64,000 nt of DNA, from positions 11,429-75,428 of the forward strand of contig JALHRM010000004.1 of assembly GCA_022841445.1 (NCBI GenBank). The letters run 5' to 3'. How positions within the stretch are numbered: position 1 is the stretch's first letter; each line of letters starts with the position of its first letter. Origin of the DNA: Candidatus Saccharimonadota bacterium. Lineage in GTDB: Bacteria; Patescibacteriota; Saccharimonadia; Saccharimonadales; UBA10212. This document shows, in pieces, positions 1 through 9,834 of this stretch. Under the pieces are notes generated by a model that saw only the letters and a program-made list of their open reading frames with translations, made no database searches and had not been told where the DNA came from. Position numbers and translations under genes: made by a program.

Positions 1-129
1 CCGAGATGAGGGGAACAGTTTTGCGGCATCGCCAAATTGCAACAACTGACGTCGAGCTACTCTATCGACTTTTTGATGAGCACCGAGTACTCGACCAGAG
101 TATTTAGTAAGTGTCGTTCCCGAATACAT
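1..129 (-). CDS. Hypothetical protein, 5' end only (runs off the window)
   Basis: Not in the ORF track. ATG at 129 opens a stop-free frame MYSGTTLTKYSGRVLGAHQKVDRVARRQLLQFGDAAKLFPSSR to the window edge, downstream of and co-directional with recG. Confidence 0.7.
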   Translation of the reverse strand, partial: MYSGTTLTKYSGRVLGAHQKVDRVARRQLLQFGDAAKLFPSSR

Positions 130-183
130 AGCAAACAACGGCGACGTAAGCCCGCTGACCCTCCTCGAATTATCAAATTTTTG

Positions 184-2208
184 TTAGTTCAGATTTGTCA
201 CTGCTCGCAAAGCGCTAACTTTGGCAGCTAACTGCGGATATTGTAGCAGATTTTCACCTTGGTCAATAAATGCTTGTGCACTTGCCCGCGCAGCGGCAAT
301 AAGCTTAGTGTCGCTTAGTTTTGCAACCCGAAGGTCTAGTGCACCATGCTGATTAGTGCCATATATCGCCCCTGGCCCACGTAAGCGAAGATCCAGTTCC
401 GCCAACTTAAAACCATCGTGTGTTGTTTCAAGGGCTGAAAGACGTGTAGTAGCTACCTGACTACTGCTTGGCACCAGGAAACAGTGACTCTGATGCAATC
501 CTCGCCCGACTCTTCCCCGCAGCTGGTGAAGCTGTGCCAGTCCAAAACGCTCGGCAGCTTCAATGATCATGCAGGTGGCATTTGGCACATCGATGCCGAC
601 TTCGATAACAGTTGTGCACACCAACACATCGATCTTTCCCTGCTTAAAGTCCTTCATGACTGCTTCTTTTTGGTCGGATTTCATTTTTCCATGCACTAGC
701 CCTACCCGGCGCGATTTAAAGTGCCCGGACTTAAGCTTTTCGTACATTACCTCTGCCGACAATAATGAGCTGTCATCACCCTCGACAATCTGAGGGCAAA
801 CTACGTATACCTGACGACCAGCGTCAAGTTCGACTTCAGCTTGGCGGTATAGTGATTCCCTGGAATTCGGAGAATGTAATTTAGTGTTAATAGGCAACCG
901 GCCTTTAGGTAATTCATCAATGAGACTAATGTCGAGCTCACCGTACAGTGTCAACGCCAAACTACGCGGGATCGGTGTCGCCGAAAGGTGTAGAACGTGT
1001 GGCATATGACCGGCTTTGGCCTGCAGTTTTTTACGCTGCTCAACACCAAAACGGTGCTGCTCGTCGACAATAATGAAGCCCAGTTTTTTCATGACAACTT
1101 TTGTCTGAAACAACGCCTGTGTACCAACAATGAGACGCAAATCTCCGCTCGCTAAATTAGCGTAAATGTTTTGTCTTTGCTGACCTTTAACACTCCCCAC
1201 AAGCAGTTCTATTTCAGTATGCATGTCAACTGACTCAAAAATTTTTGTGAGCGATTCATAATGTTGCCTGGCCAGAATTTCGGTCGGTGCCATGAGTGCT
1301 ACTTGGAACCCTTTGCTCATCGCCATTAACGCTACTAGAGCAGCAACAACTGTCTTGCCGGAGCCGACATCACCCTCGACAAGTCGGTTCATCGGCTGCG
1401 TTTTCCCAATATCTGTCAATGCATCCCAAGCCACACGCCGCTGAGCATTAGTTAAGGCAAATGGTAGCTTTGCGACAAATTTCTGGGCAACTTTTTTATC
1501 AAATGGTATTGCTAGAGATTTTTCCGAGAGTAGTTCATGCTTATTTAATAGCGCTGCTAGACTAAGTCGAAATACTTCTTCAAAACCAAGACGTTTTTTG
1601 GCCTTTTCTAATGAAGCAGGCGAATCCGGAAAATGCATCTGAACAATGGCACTGCGATAATCTACTAGTTTATTGCTAGCCACAACCCACGCCGGCAAAT
1701 GCTCGTTAATCACTGGTAATTGGCCTAACGCCTGGTGCACTAATTTACGCAGTCCAGCAGAAGTAAGACCTTTTGTCTCACGGTATTTTGGCACAATCCG
1801 ATGGGCGTTGAGCGGAAAATCGGACACACGTTCAATTTGCGGATTCGTCATACTGAATCTTCCGCGGTTCAGCGCATATTCACCGACAACGTAATATGGC
1901 TGCTCATTTTGGATTGACGAAGCACGGTACGGTTGGTTAAACCATGTCACCCGAATGCTGCCGGTGTCATCGCTCGCTAGCGCTTCGGTTATATGCAATC
2001 CTCGTCGGACACGACGAGTAGCGATTGAAGAGAAGGTTACCCTCAAACAGGCTGCACCAGGTTTTAACTTCGAAATCTCAGTTACATTAGAGTAATCGTC
2101 ATAGCGACGAGGAAAATGTGTGATTAAATCCTCCACCGAATTAATGCCGAGCCGCTCAAGGCGAGCGGCCACAGATTCACCGACACCACTAAGTTCTCTA
2201 ATATTCAT
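184..2208 (-). CDS. recG: ATP-dependent DNA helicase RecG
   Basis: Wedge/OB domain, GDVGSGKT Walker A, DEQH, SAT, QLRGRVGRG and the DLRLRGPG TRG motif. Confidence 0.97.
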   Translation of the reverse strand: MNIRELSGVGESVAARLERLGINSVEDLITHFPRRYDDYSNVTEISKLKPGAACLRVTFSSIATRRVRRGLHITEALASDDTGSIRVTWFNQPYRASSIQNEQPYYVVGEYALNRGRFSMTNPQIERVSDFPLNAHRIVPKYRETKGLTSAGLRKLVHQALGQLPVINEHLPAWVVASNKLVDYRSAIVQMHFPDSPASLEKAKKRLGFEEVFRLSLAALLNKHELLSEKSLAIPFDKKVAQKFVAKLPFALTNAQRRVAWDALTDIGKTQPMNRLVEGDVGSGKTVVAALVALMAMSKGFQVALMAPTEILARQHYESLTKIFESVDMHTEIELLVGSVKGQQRQNIYANLASGDLRLIVGTQALFQTKVVMKKLGFIIVDEQHRFGVEQRKKLQAKAGHMPHVLHLSATPIPRSLALTLYGELDISLIDELPKGRLPINTKLHSPNSRESLYRQAEVELDAGRQVYVVCPQIVEGDDSSLLSAEVMYEKLKSGHFKSRRVGLVHGKMKSDQKEAVMKDFKQGKIDVLVCTTVIEVGIDVPNATCMIIEAAERFGLAQLHQLRGRVGRGLHQSHCFLVPSSSQVATTRLSALETTHDGFKLAELDLRLRGPGAIYGTNQHGALDLRVAKLSDTKLIAAARASAQAFIDQGENLLQYPQLAAKVSALRAVTNLN

Positions 2209-2232
2209 AGACTCAGTGTAGCAAGATGATAT

Positions 2233-3006
2233 CTAACGTTTTTTTAGACGCAACCAGATACTAGGCCCAAAATAGAGGGGCGCAAGTAGTGGCTGAAATA
2301 GCTTTTCAAGACTAAGCATAGTTGTTGGACTGAGCAGCCTCTTTAAACGAGTCGAACGTAGATTAGAGCCTGAAAGCACTGCCTCAAGCTCAAAACCGGC
2401 GTCATATATTTGCCGCAGTACCATTTTGGGATGATGATTAACAAATGGGATTTCGTTATCTGCCTTATTGGCATCGCTTCGAATGTCAACCGGTGTTTTC
2501 GGTACTACCTTGCCTTTCAATCCATACCTGATACGGTTGAGGCCATGGGCATTATTGGCAAATTCGAGCAGAAACGTACCGCCTGGTTTTAGCACACGGG
2601 CAATTTCGCTAAATTCCTGTCCTGGGTCTGGCAAGTGATGCAAAACCCGAACCATCAATACTAAGTCCACACTACCCGATTTCATCTTTAAGTCAGCTGC
2701 CTGTAGCTGACGCGCTTCGACGCGAGGTGCATCTTTTAGATAATCAGCGGCGATGTCTAGTTGCTGTTTGCTTGGTTCCGCCAAGATGACTTTTTCACTG
2801 AACGCGGTAATAAATTTACTGAGCCGCCCATACCCACCACCCACGTCAACAGCCATGTTGAATTGTCGGCCTTTTAAAAGTCGCATTATAGCTAGCTCTT
2901 CTGCGGCATGTTCGTATTCTCTCCCCACCCAGTACTGTTTGTAGTTGTGGGTTGGGTCATCATATTGATCTGCTTTACGGACGTGTTTTGCTGCTTGCTT
3001 TGACAT
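2233..3006 (-). CDS. Class I SAM-dependent methyltransferase
   Basis: VDVGGGYGR motif I, DLVLMVRVLHH, RVLKPGG. Confidence 0.9.
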   Translation of the reverse strand: MSKQAAKHVRKADQYDDPTHNYKQYWVGREYEHAAEELAIMRLLKGRQFNMAVDVGGGYGRLSKFITAFSEKVILAEPSKQQLDIAADYLKDAPRVEARQLQAADLKMKSGSVDLVLMVRVLHHLPDPGQEFSEIARVLKPGGTFLLEFANNAHGLNRIRYGLKGKVVPKTPVDIRSDANKADNEIPFVNHHPKMVLRQIYDAGFELEAVLSGSNLRSTRLKRLLSPTTMLSLEKLFQPLLAPLYFGPSIWLRLKKR

Positions 3007-3024
3007 AAAATTAAACCGATCTAT

Positions 3025-4272
3025 TTAGTTTACATGCACAATAATTTGAGCGTTCTTGCCTCTGCGGATAAGCACATATGAGCCAATAAGGTCGGCTTGC
3101 TCAAGAACTGTTTTTTCGCTGCTGAACTGTATGCCGTTGATATATACTGCCGAGCCTTCTAAAAAGCGTCGGGCTTCGCTTTTACTGCTAGCAAGCTTAC
3201 CTTTAACTAGAATATCAATAATGGGCGTTTCGCCCAGTTGAGCTTCAACTACCGGTAATTCTCCTTGTAGTACTGCAAAATCCTGTTCTTTCAAATCGCG
3301 ATAGTCGGCGCCACCAAATAGAGCATTGGTTACGTTGCTCACAGCATCAGCTACGGGTATTCCGTGAACGATGGCGGTTACCTCATAGGCCAGCTTTTTT
3401 TGTGCAATTCGAGAAGAACGTTGCTCATTAAATTCAGAACCTACTGTCTCGATTTCTTCCTTTGTAAGGAGCGTATATATCTTTAAGAAATCAATTACTG
3501 CGTCGTCATCGACATTTAACCAAAACTGATAGAACTGGTAGGGTGAGGTGCGATTAGGATCTAGCCAAATGGCACCGGCCTCGCTTTTACCGAACTTGCG
3601 CCCAGTCGTGTTATCAATTACTAATGGCATCGACATGGCATGTACTTCGGCATTTTCTTTTTTACGTATCAGCGGCACCCCAGAAAGCATGTTGCCCCAT
3701 TGGTCGGATCCGCCGATTTGTAGCTCCACCTGGTGATTCTTGTTTAGATACCAGTAGTCATACCCCTGCATCAGCGTGTAGCTGAATTCCGCAAAACTCA
3801 TGCCGCTGCCACCTTCGCCAGTCCGCTCTACTACAAAGTCACGCTGCATAAGTTCTGTCATACTGAAATGTTTGCCAACTTCTCTTAAAAATTCGATAAA
3901 GCCAAGCGGCTCCAGCCAGTCTATGTTATTAACGGTTTGAAATGGCTTTCCATCGAACAGTTGTTCCACTTGTCGTTTTATGGCTACTGCATTGTTATCT
4001 ATTTCGCTGCGCGACTTTAATTCACGCTCTTCCGTTTTGCCACCTGGGTCTCCAACCAAACTAGTAGCACCTCCGATGAGCAGTACGCCGCTCCAGCCTG
4101 CTTCAACCATGCGCCGTGCCAGTAACATTGCAGCCAAATTACCGATGGTAAGACTATCGGCCGAGCAATCTACACCGTGATAAAACCATCTCGGTGTATC
4201 TAGCCAAGTGGCATCTTGAAACGTTGTGTCTTTTATCAATCCTCGCCAGGCGAGATCTTCTGAAAGCATCAT
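3025..4272 (-). CDS. tyrS: Tyrosine--tRNA ligase
   Basis: HIGH-like TIGN, QIGGSDQWGN, KFGKS and a C-terminal S4 domain (SKSEARR). ATG 4272 chosen because TATACT lies 8 nt upstream; the track uses GTG 4278. Confidence 0.96.
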   Translation of the reverse strand: MMLSEDLAWRGLIKDTTFQDATWLDTPRWFYHGVDCSADSLTIGNLAAMLLARRMVEAGWSGVLLIGGATSLVGDPGGKTEERELKSRSEIDNNAVAIKRQVEQLFDGKPFQTVNNIDWLEPLGFIEFLREVGKHFSMTELMQRDFVVERTGEGGSGMSFAEFSYTLMQGYDYWYLNKNHQVELQIGGSDQWGNMLSGVPLIRKKENAEVHAMSMPLVIDNTTGRKFGKSEAGAIWLDPNRTSPYQFYQFWLNVDDDAVIDFLKIYTLLTKEEIETVGSEFNEQRSSRIAQKKLAYEVTAIVHGIPVADAVSNVTNALFGGADYRDLKEQDFAVLQGELPVVEAQLGETPIIDILVKGKLASSKSEARRFLEGSAVYINGIQFSSEKTVLEQADLIGSYVLIRRGKNAQIIVHVN

Positions 4273-4371
4273 TACCACTCAGTATATCTGAAGCCAGTGT
4301 TGGCTTCCAAGCTTTGACTCAGCTTTGCGCTTATATAATTAATGATTATGGTCTTTACTGCCCAACAAATT

Positions 4372-4398
4372 TGCTATAATGATGCCTGAACAAAGGAG
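4372..4398 (+). promoter_or_regulatory. Extended -10 promoter and Shine-Dalgarno of the PBP gene
   Basis: TGcTATAAT at 4372-4380 and AAAGGAG at 4392-4398 before ATG 4413. Confidence 0.6.
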
Positions 4399-4412
4399 TA
4401 CGACGTAACCCC

Positions 4413-7400
4413 ATGAACCCGAAAAAAAGCGGTACCAACCGACCACGCCGCTCAACCAGTAAATTTATCACTACCAAAAGCGGTAAAGAGATAAAAATTC
4501 GTCGATCGATAAGCGAAAAATTTCGTGAGCGATCTGACGAAAAGGCCCGACGAAAGGCAGAACGACTGCGAGGACTACCTAAGTCCCGGTTCAAGCGGAT
4601 ACTGTGGCGACTACACCCTAAGCGTCAATTTGCTTACTGGTTCAGTAAGGACGGCGGCATCATGGCGCTTAAACTTACCGGTCTGGGCATCGTCACCATA
4701 TTCGTCGTATTAATAGCCGTGTTTGCGTACTTCCGTAAAGACTTGCCTAATCTTAAAGACATTTCTGGCAGTAATATAGGCGGCAGTATCCGGTATTTTG
4801 ATAAAACCGGACAAGTGCTTTTGTGGGAAGATTACGGTGCTGTAAAGCGTATTCCGATAGAATCCAAAGACATTCCGCAGAATATTAAGGATGCCACCGT
4901 TGCAATTGAAGACCGAGACTTTTACAGTCACCGGGGTTTTGATACACGTGGTATTGTGCGTGCTGGATTCAACAACGTCTTTGGCACAACGGGCACCACT
5001 CAAGGCGGCTCCACAATTACTCAGCAATTAGTGCGCTTAACTCAAGAAGGTGTCGGCTACGAACAAACATACAAGCGAAAAATAAAGGAACTGGTTTTAG
5101 CGGTCGAGCTAGAGCGTACGTACAACAAAGATGTTATCCTGACCGGCTATCTCAATGTGGCGCCGTACGGGGGTATTGAGTATGGCGTAGAGGCTGCGGC
5201 ACAAAACTACTTCAACAAGTCCGCTAAGGACTTGACGCTTGACGAGGCTGCCATGCTTGCCACTATTCCAAAATCACCAACCATATATTCGCCATATAGT
5301 GAATCTGATTTTGACCGTGAGGCTTTTATTTCTAGGCAACATTACATTATCGATGTAATGGCAGAAACGGGCAAAATTACTAAAGCCCAGGCCGAAGAAG
5401 CCAAAAAGGTCGACACTGTTGCCAAAGTTAAGCCACGAACAGCAAAATACACCAACATTAAAGCTCCGTACTTCGTTCTAGCCGCCAAAGACCAATTGCT
5501 TAAAAAATATGTGCCTACCGGCGAACGCGGCTCTGCCAAAATCGGTGGATGGAAAGTCACTACGTCGCTAGACCTAACCCTGCAAGGCTACGCTGAAGAA
5601 TCAGTATCAAAAGGTATAGCGCAAGTAAAGCGCCAGCGCGGCGATACAGCAGCTTTCGTTGCCTCGGATGTCCGCACCGGTCATATTGTTGCTCTGGTTG
5701 GCGGACCGGACTTTAACGATAAGGCGCGCGCTGGCGAGGTGAATTTTGCCACACGACCACTGCCACCCGGTTCGAGCGTAAAGCCGTATGATTACGCTGC
5801 TCTTATCGAGAATACTACGACATTTGGCGCCGGGTCGGTACTTTATGACACGCAGGGGCCTTTGGAGGGCTACCCTTGTACCAATAAAGCACGACCTAAG
5901 CAGGGTGGTAATTGTCTGCATGATTATGACTTTCGGTATCCCGGCCCCGTGACGCTACGCTATGCACTTGGTGGTTCTCGAAACGTCCCAGCCGTAAAAG
6001 CGATGTTGATTGCCGGCATTGATAAAACTATCAATACTGCTGAAAAGTTAGGTCTTGCCAGTGGGTATAAATGTTATGAACCTGGCAAACCGGTCGGTGT
6101 TAAGGAGAATGAGACGCAGTGTTACTCAAGCTCAGCAATCGGTGATGGTGCCTACTTGCGCCTTGATGAGCATGTCAACGCTTTTGCCAGTTTTAGCCGC
6201 AACGGTGTTAAGCTTCCACAGACATATATACTAAAAATTGAAAACGCTAGCGGTAAAACCATAGATGAGTGGAAGCAACCACAAGGCGAGCAAGCTGTTC
6301 GACCGGAAACTGGCTACATAATTTCGGACATGATGTCCGACCCCAATGCTAGCTACTTTAGCGTCAAGCCACATCGCTATAAAAACCATAAATTCAGCTT
6401 AAAAACTGGTACCACTAATGACGCTAAGGACGGATTATTGATGGGTTATTCGACCTATTACTCCGCAGGAGTCTGGGTTGGCCATCATACTGGCAATGTA
6501 GAAATGACCGGCTTCATGGAAACAATGACTGAGCCGATTTGGAATGGTTGGATGAAAAAGGCGCACGACAGCTTACCGCCGCTCGAACGCCAAAAACCTA
6601 CAGGTGTGCAGACCTTGCCAGCATATGTTATACGCACTCATGTCGGTGTTGGATCCAGAGAACCTAGCCCAGCCACAGACCTGTACCCATCCTGGTATAA
6701 ACCAAAAACTGCTAGCAACAAAAAGCGCACCATAGACCGAGTGAGTAACAAACTTGCCACCAACTGTACACCTCCAAAAGCTAAGCAAGAGATTAATGAT
6801 GCTGCTGCAGATGCGTTCAGCGGAGATACATTTGTCGGTGCCGGTCGGAATGCTAACACCAATGAAAATGACGATGTTCATAAATGTGAAGACGCTAAAC
6901 CGAGCGTAAATCTAACTGTTCTTAACATCGGCGGCGGACAGTACCGCATTCAAGCAGTTGCCTCAGCAGGGACTCATCCGCTCAGTAGCGCCCAGTTCCC
7001 AGGCACGATAACCTTTACTATTGATGGACAAGCTATACCTAATTGTGCGAATGGCTGTTCGGCGCAAGTAGGCGGAGATGGATCAGTCTCGCTTGACTTT
7101 ACCTCTACCTTTAGCGGCAACAAAGATGTTACCGCCATTGTGTCCGACAGCGTACTTTACGAAGCAAGCAATAGTATTACTGTGAATCTTTCCACACCAG
7201 ACGATTCATCACTACAGCTTGACGTTTCTAATGCTCCAGGGCCAAACAACTACCGTTTTACGTGGTCATCATTTGCTGGTGCGTCGTCCTATGAGCTTTG
7301 TATATCGGCAAATGGCGGTGGGTTTAGCTGTACGGCGGCCGTGTCAGGTACCGACAGAACCGTACTAGGCGCAAATCGTAAGGCCTATGTAAAATCAAAT

Positions 7401-7433
7401 AACGGCGGCCAATCCAGCACCGAAGACTTTTAG
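4413..7433 (+). CDS. Class A penicillin-binding protein (transglycosylase/transpeptidase) with C-terminal Ig-like extension
   Basis: Basic N-tail plus TM helix; GT51 motifs EDRDFYSHRG, GGSTITQQLVR, RKIKE; transpeptidase motifs SSVK, SRN, KTGT; beta-rich C-terminus. Confidence 0.93.
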   Translation: MNPKKSGTNRPRRSTSKFITTKSGKEIKIRRSISEKFRERSDEKARRKAERLRGLPKSRFKRILWRLHPKRQFAYWFSKDGGIMALKLTGLGIVTIFVVLIAVFAYFRKDLPNLKDISGSNIGGSIRYFDKTGQVLLWEDYGAVKRIPIESKDIPQNIKDATVAIEDRDFYSHRGFDTRGIVRAGFNNVFGTTGTTQGGSTITQQLVRLTQEGVGYEQTYKRKIKELVLAVELERTYNKDVILTGYLNVAPYGGIEYGVEAAAQNYFNKSAKDLTLDEAAMLATIPKSPTIYSPYSESDFDREAFISRQHYIIDVMAETGKITKAQAEEAKKVDTVAKVKPRTAKYTNIKAPYFVLAAKDQLLKKYVPTGERGSAKIGGWKVTTSLDLTLQGYAEESVSKGIAQVKRQRGDTAAFVASDVRTGHIVALVGGPDFNDKARAGEVNFATRPLPPGSSVKPYDYAALIENTTTFGAGSVLYDTQGPLEGYPCTNKARPKQGGNCLHDYDFRYPGPVTLRYALGGSRNVPAVKAMLIAGIDKTINTAEKLGLASGYKCYEPGKPVGVKENETQCYSSSAIGDGAYLRLDEHVNAFASFSRNGVKLPQTYILKIENASGKTIDEWKQPQGEQAVRPETGYIISDMMSDPNASYFSVKPHRYKNHKFSLKTGTTNDAKDGLLMGYSTYYSAGVWVGHHTGNVEMTGFMETMTEPIWNGWMKKAHDSLPPLERQKPTGVQTLPAYVIRTHVGVGSREPSPATDLYPSWYKPKTASNKKRTIDRVSNKLATNCTPPKAKQEINDAAADAFSGDTFVGAGRNANTNENDDVHKCEDAKPSVNLTVLNIGGGQYRIQAVASAGTHPLSSAQFPGTITFTIDGQAIPNCANGCSAQVGGDGSVSLDFTSTFSGNKDVTAIVSDSVLYEASNSITVNLSTPDDSSLQLDVSNAPGPNNYRFTWSSFAGASSYELCISANGGGFSCTAAVSGTDRTVLGANRKAYVKSNNGGQSSTEDF

Positions 7434-7461
7434 TAATTCAGTTTTGACTACACACAAGCGA

Positions 7462-8802
7462 CTACTTCTTTTGTAGGTAGGTATTCAATGCGTCTTTAAC
7501 TGTCTTGATCGGCATTAGTCCAGTAAGCTGCTTGCGCTGGTACGGCGGCCCAATTGCCCCATCCAGTCCGAGTTTCTTTGCTTCAGCAAGGCGCTTTTCA
7601 ATATGAACCACGTGTCGAACTTCGCCGGAGAGTCCAATCTCGCCAAACACAGCAGCATTTGTATTCAGTTGCATGCCTTTTGCCGCACTGCCAATTGCCA
7701 AACATACGGCCAGGTCAGCAGCAGGATCCGAAAGTCGCATACCACCCACAATATTGAGGTACACATCGTAGTCGGATAGTGCTAGTTTAGTTCGTCGCTC
7801 AAGCACCGCAATAAGCAAATTCATTCGATTAACATCAAATCCGCTTGATGCACGTTTCGGGTATCCATAACTCGTCTTATTAACTAGGGCCTGGATCTCG
7901 ACGAGTAGCGCTCTGCTGCCTTCGACAGTGGCAAGTACTACCGATCCATCTGTAACCTGCCGCTCTGCCAAAAGTGCTTCTGACGGATTTTCAATCGGTT
8001 TCAACCCGCTACTATCCATTTCCAGAATTACTGCTTCGTCAGTAGGTCCATAGCGATTTTTAACCGCCCGAAGTACCTTGAAGCCGCCGTAACGGTCACC
8101 ATCAAGCTGCATCACTACGTCTACGAGATGTTCAAGCAGTTTTGGACCGGCTATCGTACCCTCTTTTGTGACATGCCCGACGATAATTAGCGTTGTGTTG
8201 CTGCGCTTGGCTGCCGCGCTTAATAGACGGGTGCTGTTGGTCACCTGAGCGGTACTGCCACTGGCCGAGAGCACACTATCCACCGAAACTGTCTGTATCG
8301 AATCGACGATAACAACGCCATACTCACCGGAGACGATACTGGCTGCAATATCATCACTGCTTGTTGAGGAAGCTAGTTTTAGCTTTGGCTGCATCGTACC
8401 AAGACGAGTACCTCGCAGTCCGACTTGACGGGCTGATTCTTCAGCGCTTACGTACAGCACGCTGTGCTGTTTTGCCGCGCCGCTTGCGATTTGTAGCAGT
8501 AGTGTACTTTTACCTATTCCAGGCTCACCAGCCAGTAGCACAACACTTCCAGCTACCAGCCCTCCACCAAGCAGCGTATCGATATTTGTGCTGTCTGTAG
8601 TAAGACGTGCCTCGTCCTTAGCTGTAGCGTCACGAAAATCTGTGACTACTAGCTTCTTGCCGTTGCCTCCTGGCTGGTCATTGAGCTGGATTTGCTCCTG
8701 CAGACTATTCCATGCGCCACAAACACTGCACTTCCCCGACCATTTAATGTGTGCCGATCCACACTCGGAACATACGAAACTAGTACTGGTCTTTTTTCCC
8801 AT
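7462..8802 (-). CDS. radA: DNA repair protein RadA/Sms
   Basis: CxxC..CxxC Zn finger, GEPGIGKST, KNRYG motif, Lon-like C-terminal domain. Confidence 0.97.
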   Translation of the reverse strand: MGKKTSTSFVCSECGSAHIKWSGKCSVCGAWNSLQEQIQLNDQPGGNGKKLVVTDFRDATAKDEARLTTDSTNIDTLLGGGLVAGSVVLLAGEPGIGKSTLLLQIASGAAKQHSVLYVSAEESARQVGLRGTRLGTMQPKLKLASSTSSDDIAASIVSGEYGVVIVDSIQTVSVDSVLSASGSTAQVTNSTRLLSAAAKRSNTTLIIVGHVTKEGTIAGPKLLEHLVDVVMQLDGDRYGGFKVLRAVKNRYGPTDEAVILEMDSSGLKPIENPSEALLAERQVTDGSVVLATVEGSRALLVEIQALVNKTSYGYPKRASSGFDVNRMNLLIAVLERRTKLALSDYDVYLNIVGGMRLSDPAADLAVCLAIGSAAKGMQLNTNAAVFGEIGLSGEVRHVVHIEKRLAEAKKLGLDGAIGPPYQRKQLTGLMPIKTVKDALNTYLQKK

Positions 8803-8845
8803 AGACTTTTATAGTACCGCAGCCTGGCTGTTTTTGAGAGGTGAA

Positions 8846-9817
8846 TTACCGAATTTCTTGCGGCTCAGCCCTGGTATCAATCGCATCAGTTAAGTCTCGT
8901 ATTTCCTTGGCAAGTTCATTACGCTCTATTACAAGCTGATTATACTGTGTAATTTGAGCTTGAACGCCCCGTACCAGCTGATTGTAACTGCTTACATTCG
9001 CGTTAAACCCAGGTACGGATGCATTATATTGATCGCGCTGACCGCTTGATAATAAATTTTCGAGTTCAGTTCGTGATGCTTTTAAGTCTTTAAGTTGTTC
9101 GTTGAGTAGTTTTTCTGATGACTCAATACTTGCTTTCAATGTTGCCAACTGTGTGTCATAGGCATCAACGCGGTTCTTTCGCTTCGTAAATTCAGCTTCA
9201 TATTGTTTCGACAATGCAACCACACGCGCGCGATCGGTAAAGTATTTCTGATAGTATGTTTCAAGTTCTGCCGGAAGATCCTTCACCTCAGTTGCCAGGA
9301 TAGAATGAAGTTCGTTAGGAACGATAGTTGGGTCTTTGCGACGATATTGCTCAATGGTGCTTTTGATACGTTCATCATCCAGAGCAGCAAACGCTTGTGC
9401 CGTTAGTGTGTTTACTCGTTGCCGCTCAGAGCCACTAAGCCGATCATAGCCGGCATGAAGCATTTCATGTGCGGCAGTCACTTCTTGAATTCCATCCAAA
9501 CGCACATCATTTACATCATAAATGAATATTCCGGTGTTGGTGCGATAGCAGCCAAGAACAATCGAAGCTTCACTGTCGGTGCAATGTACTCGAAAAGCCG
9601 CTAGATTGTCAACCTTTGGATGATTGACATAAAATAGCTTACGACCAAATGCATTCATTGATGTATTGGTGGCGAGATTTGCAACTTCCTGTGTGGGAAC
9701 ATACCCCCGAAGACGCCACCAGTCAAAAATGTCTTGTCGCTTGATGAGCGCAATCAGCGGTAGCGACAAAATTGCTACGACAACAAGTATCCCGACCAGT
9801 TTACGGGTGCGATGCAT
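8846..9817 (-). CDS. Membrane-anchored putative zinc metalloprotein (HExxH) with C-terminal coiled coil
   Basis: N-terminal TM helix, AAHEMLHA, downstream NELHS, heptad-rich C-terminal third. Confidence 0.65.
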   Translation of the reverse strand: MHRTRKLVGILVVVAILSLPLIALIKRQDIFDWWRLRGYVPTQEVANLATNTSMNAFGRKLFYVNHPKVDNLAAFRVHCTDSEASIVLGCYRTNTGIFIYDVNDVRLDGIQEVTAAHEMLHAGYDRLSGSERQRVNTLTAQAFAALDDERIKSTIEQYRRKDPTIVPNELHSILATEVKDLPAELETYYQKYFTDRARVVALSKQYEAEFTKRKNRVDAYDTQLATLKASIESSEKLLNEQLKDLKASRTELENLLSSGQRDQYNASVPGFNANVSSYNQLVRGVQAQITQYNQLVIERNELAKEIRDLTDAIDTRAEPQEIR

Positions 9818-9834
9818 AAGGACAATTATATCAT

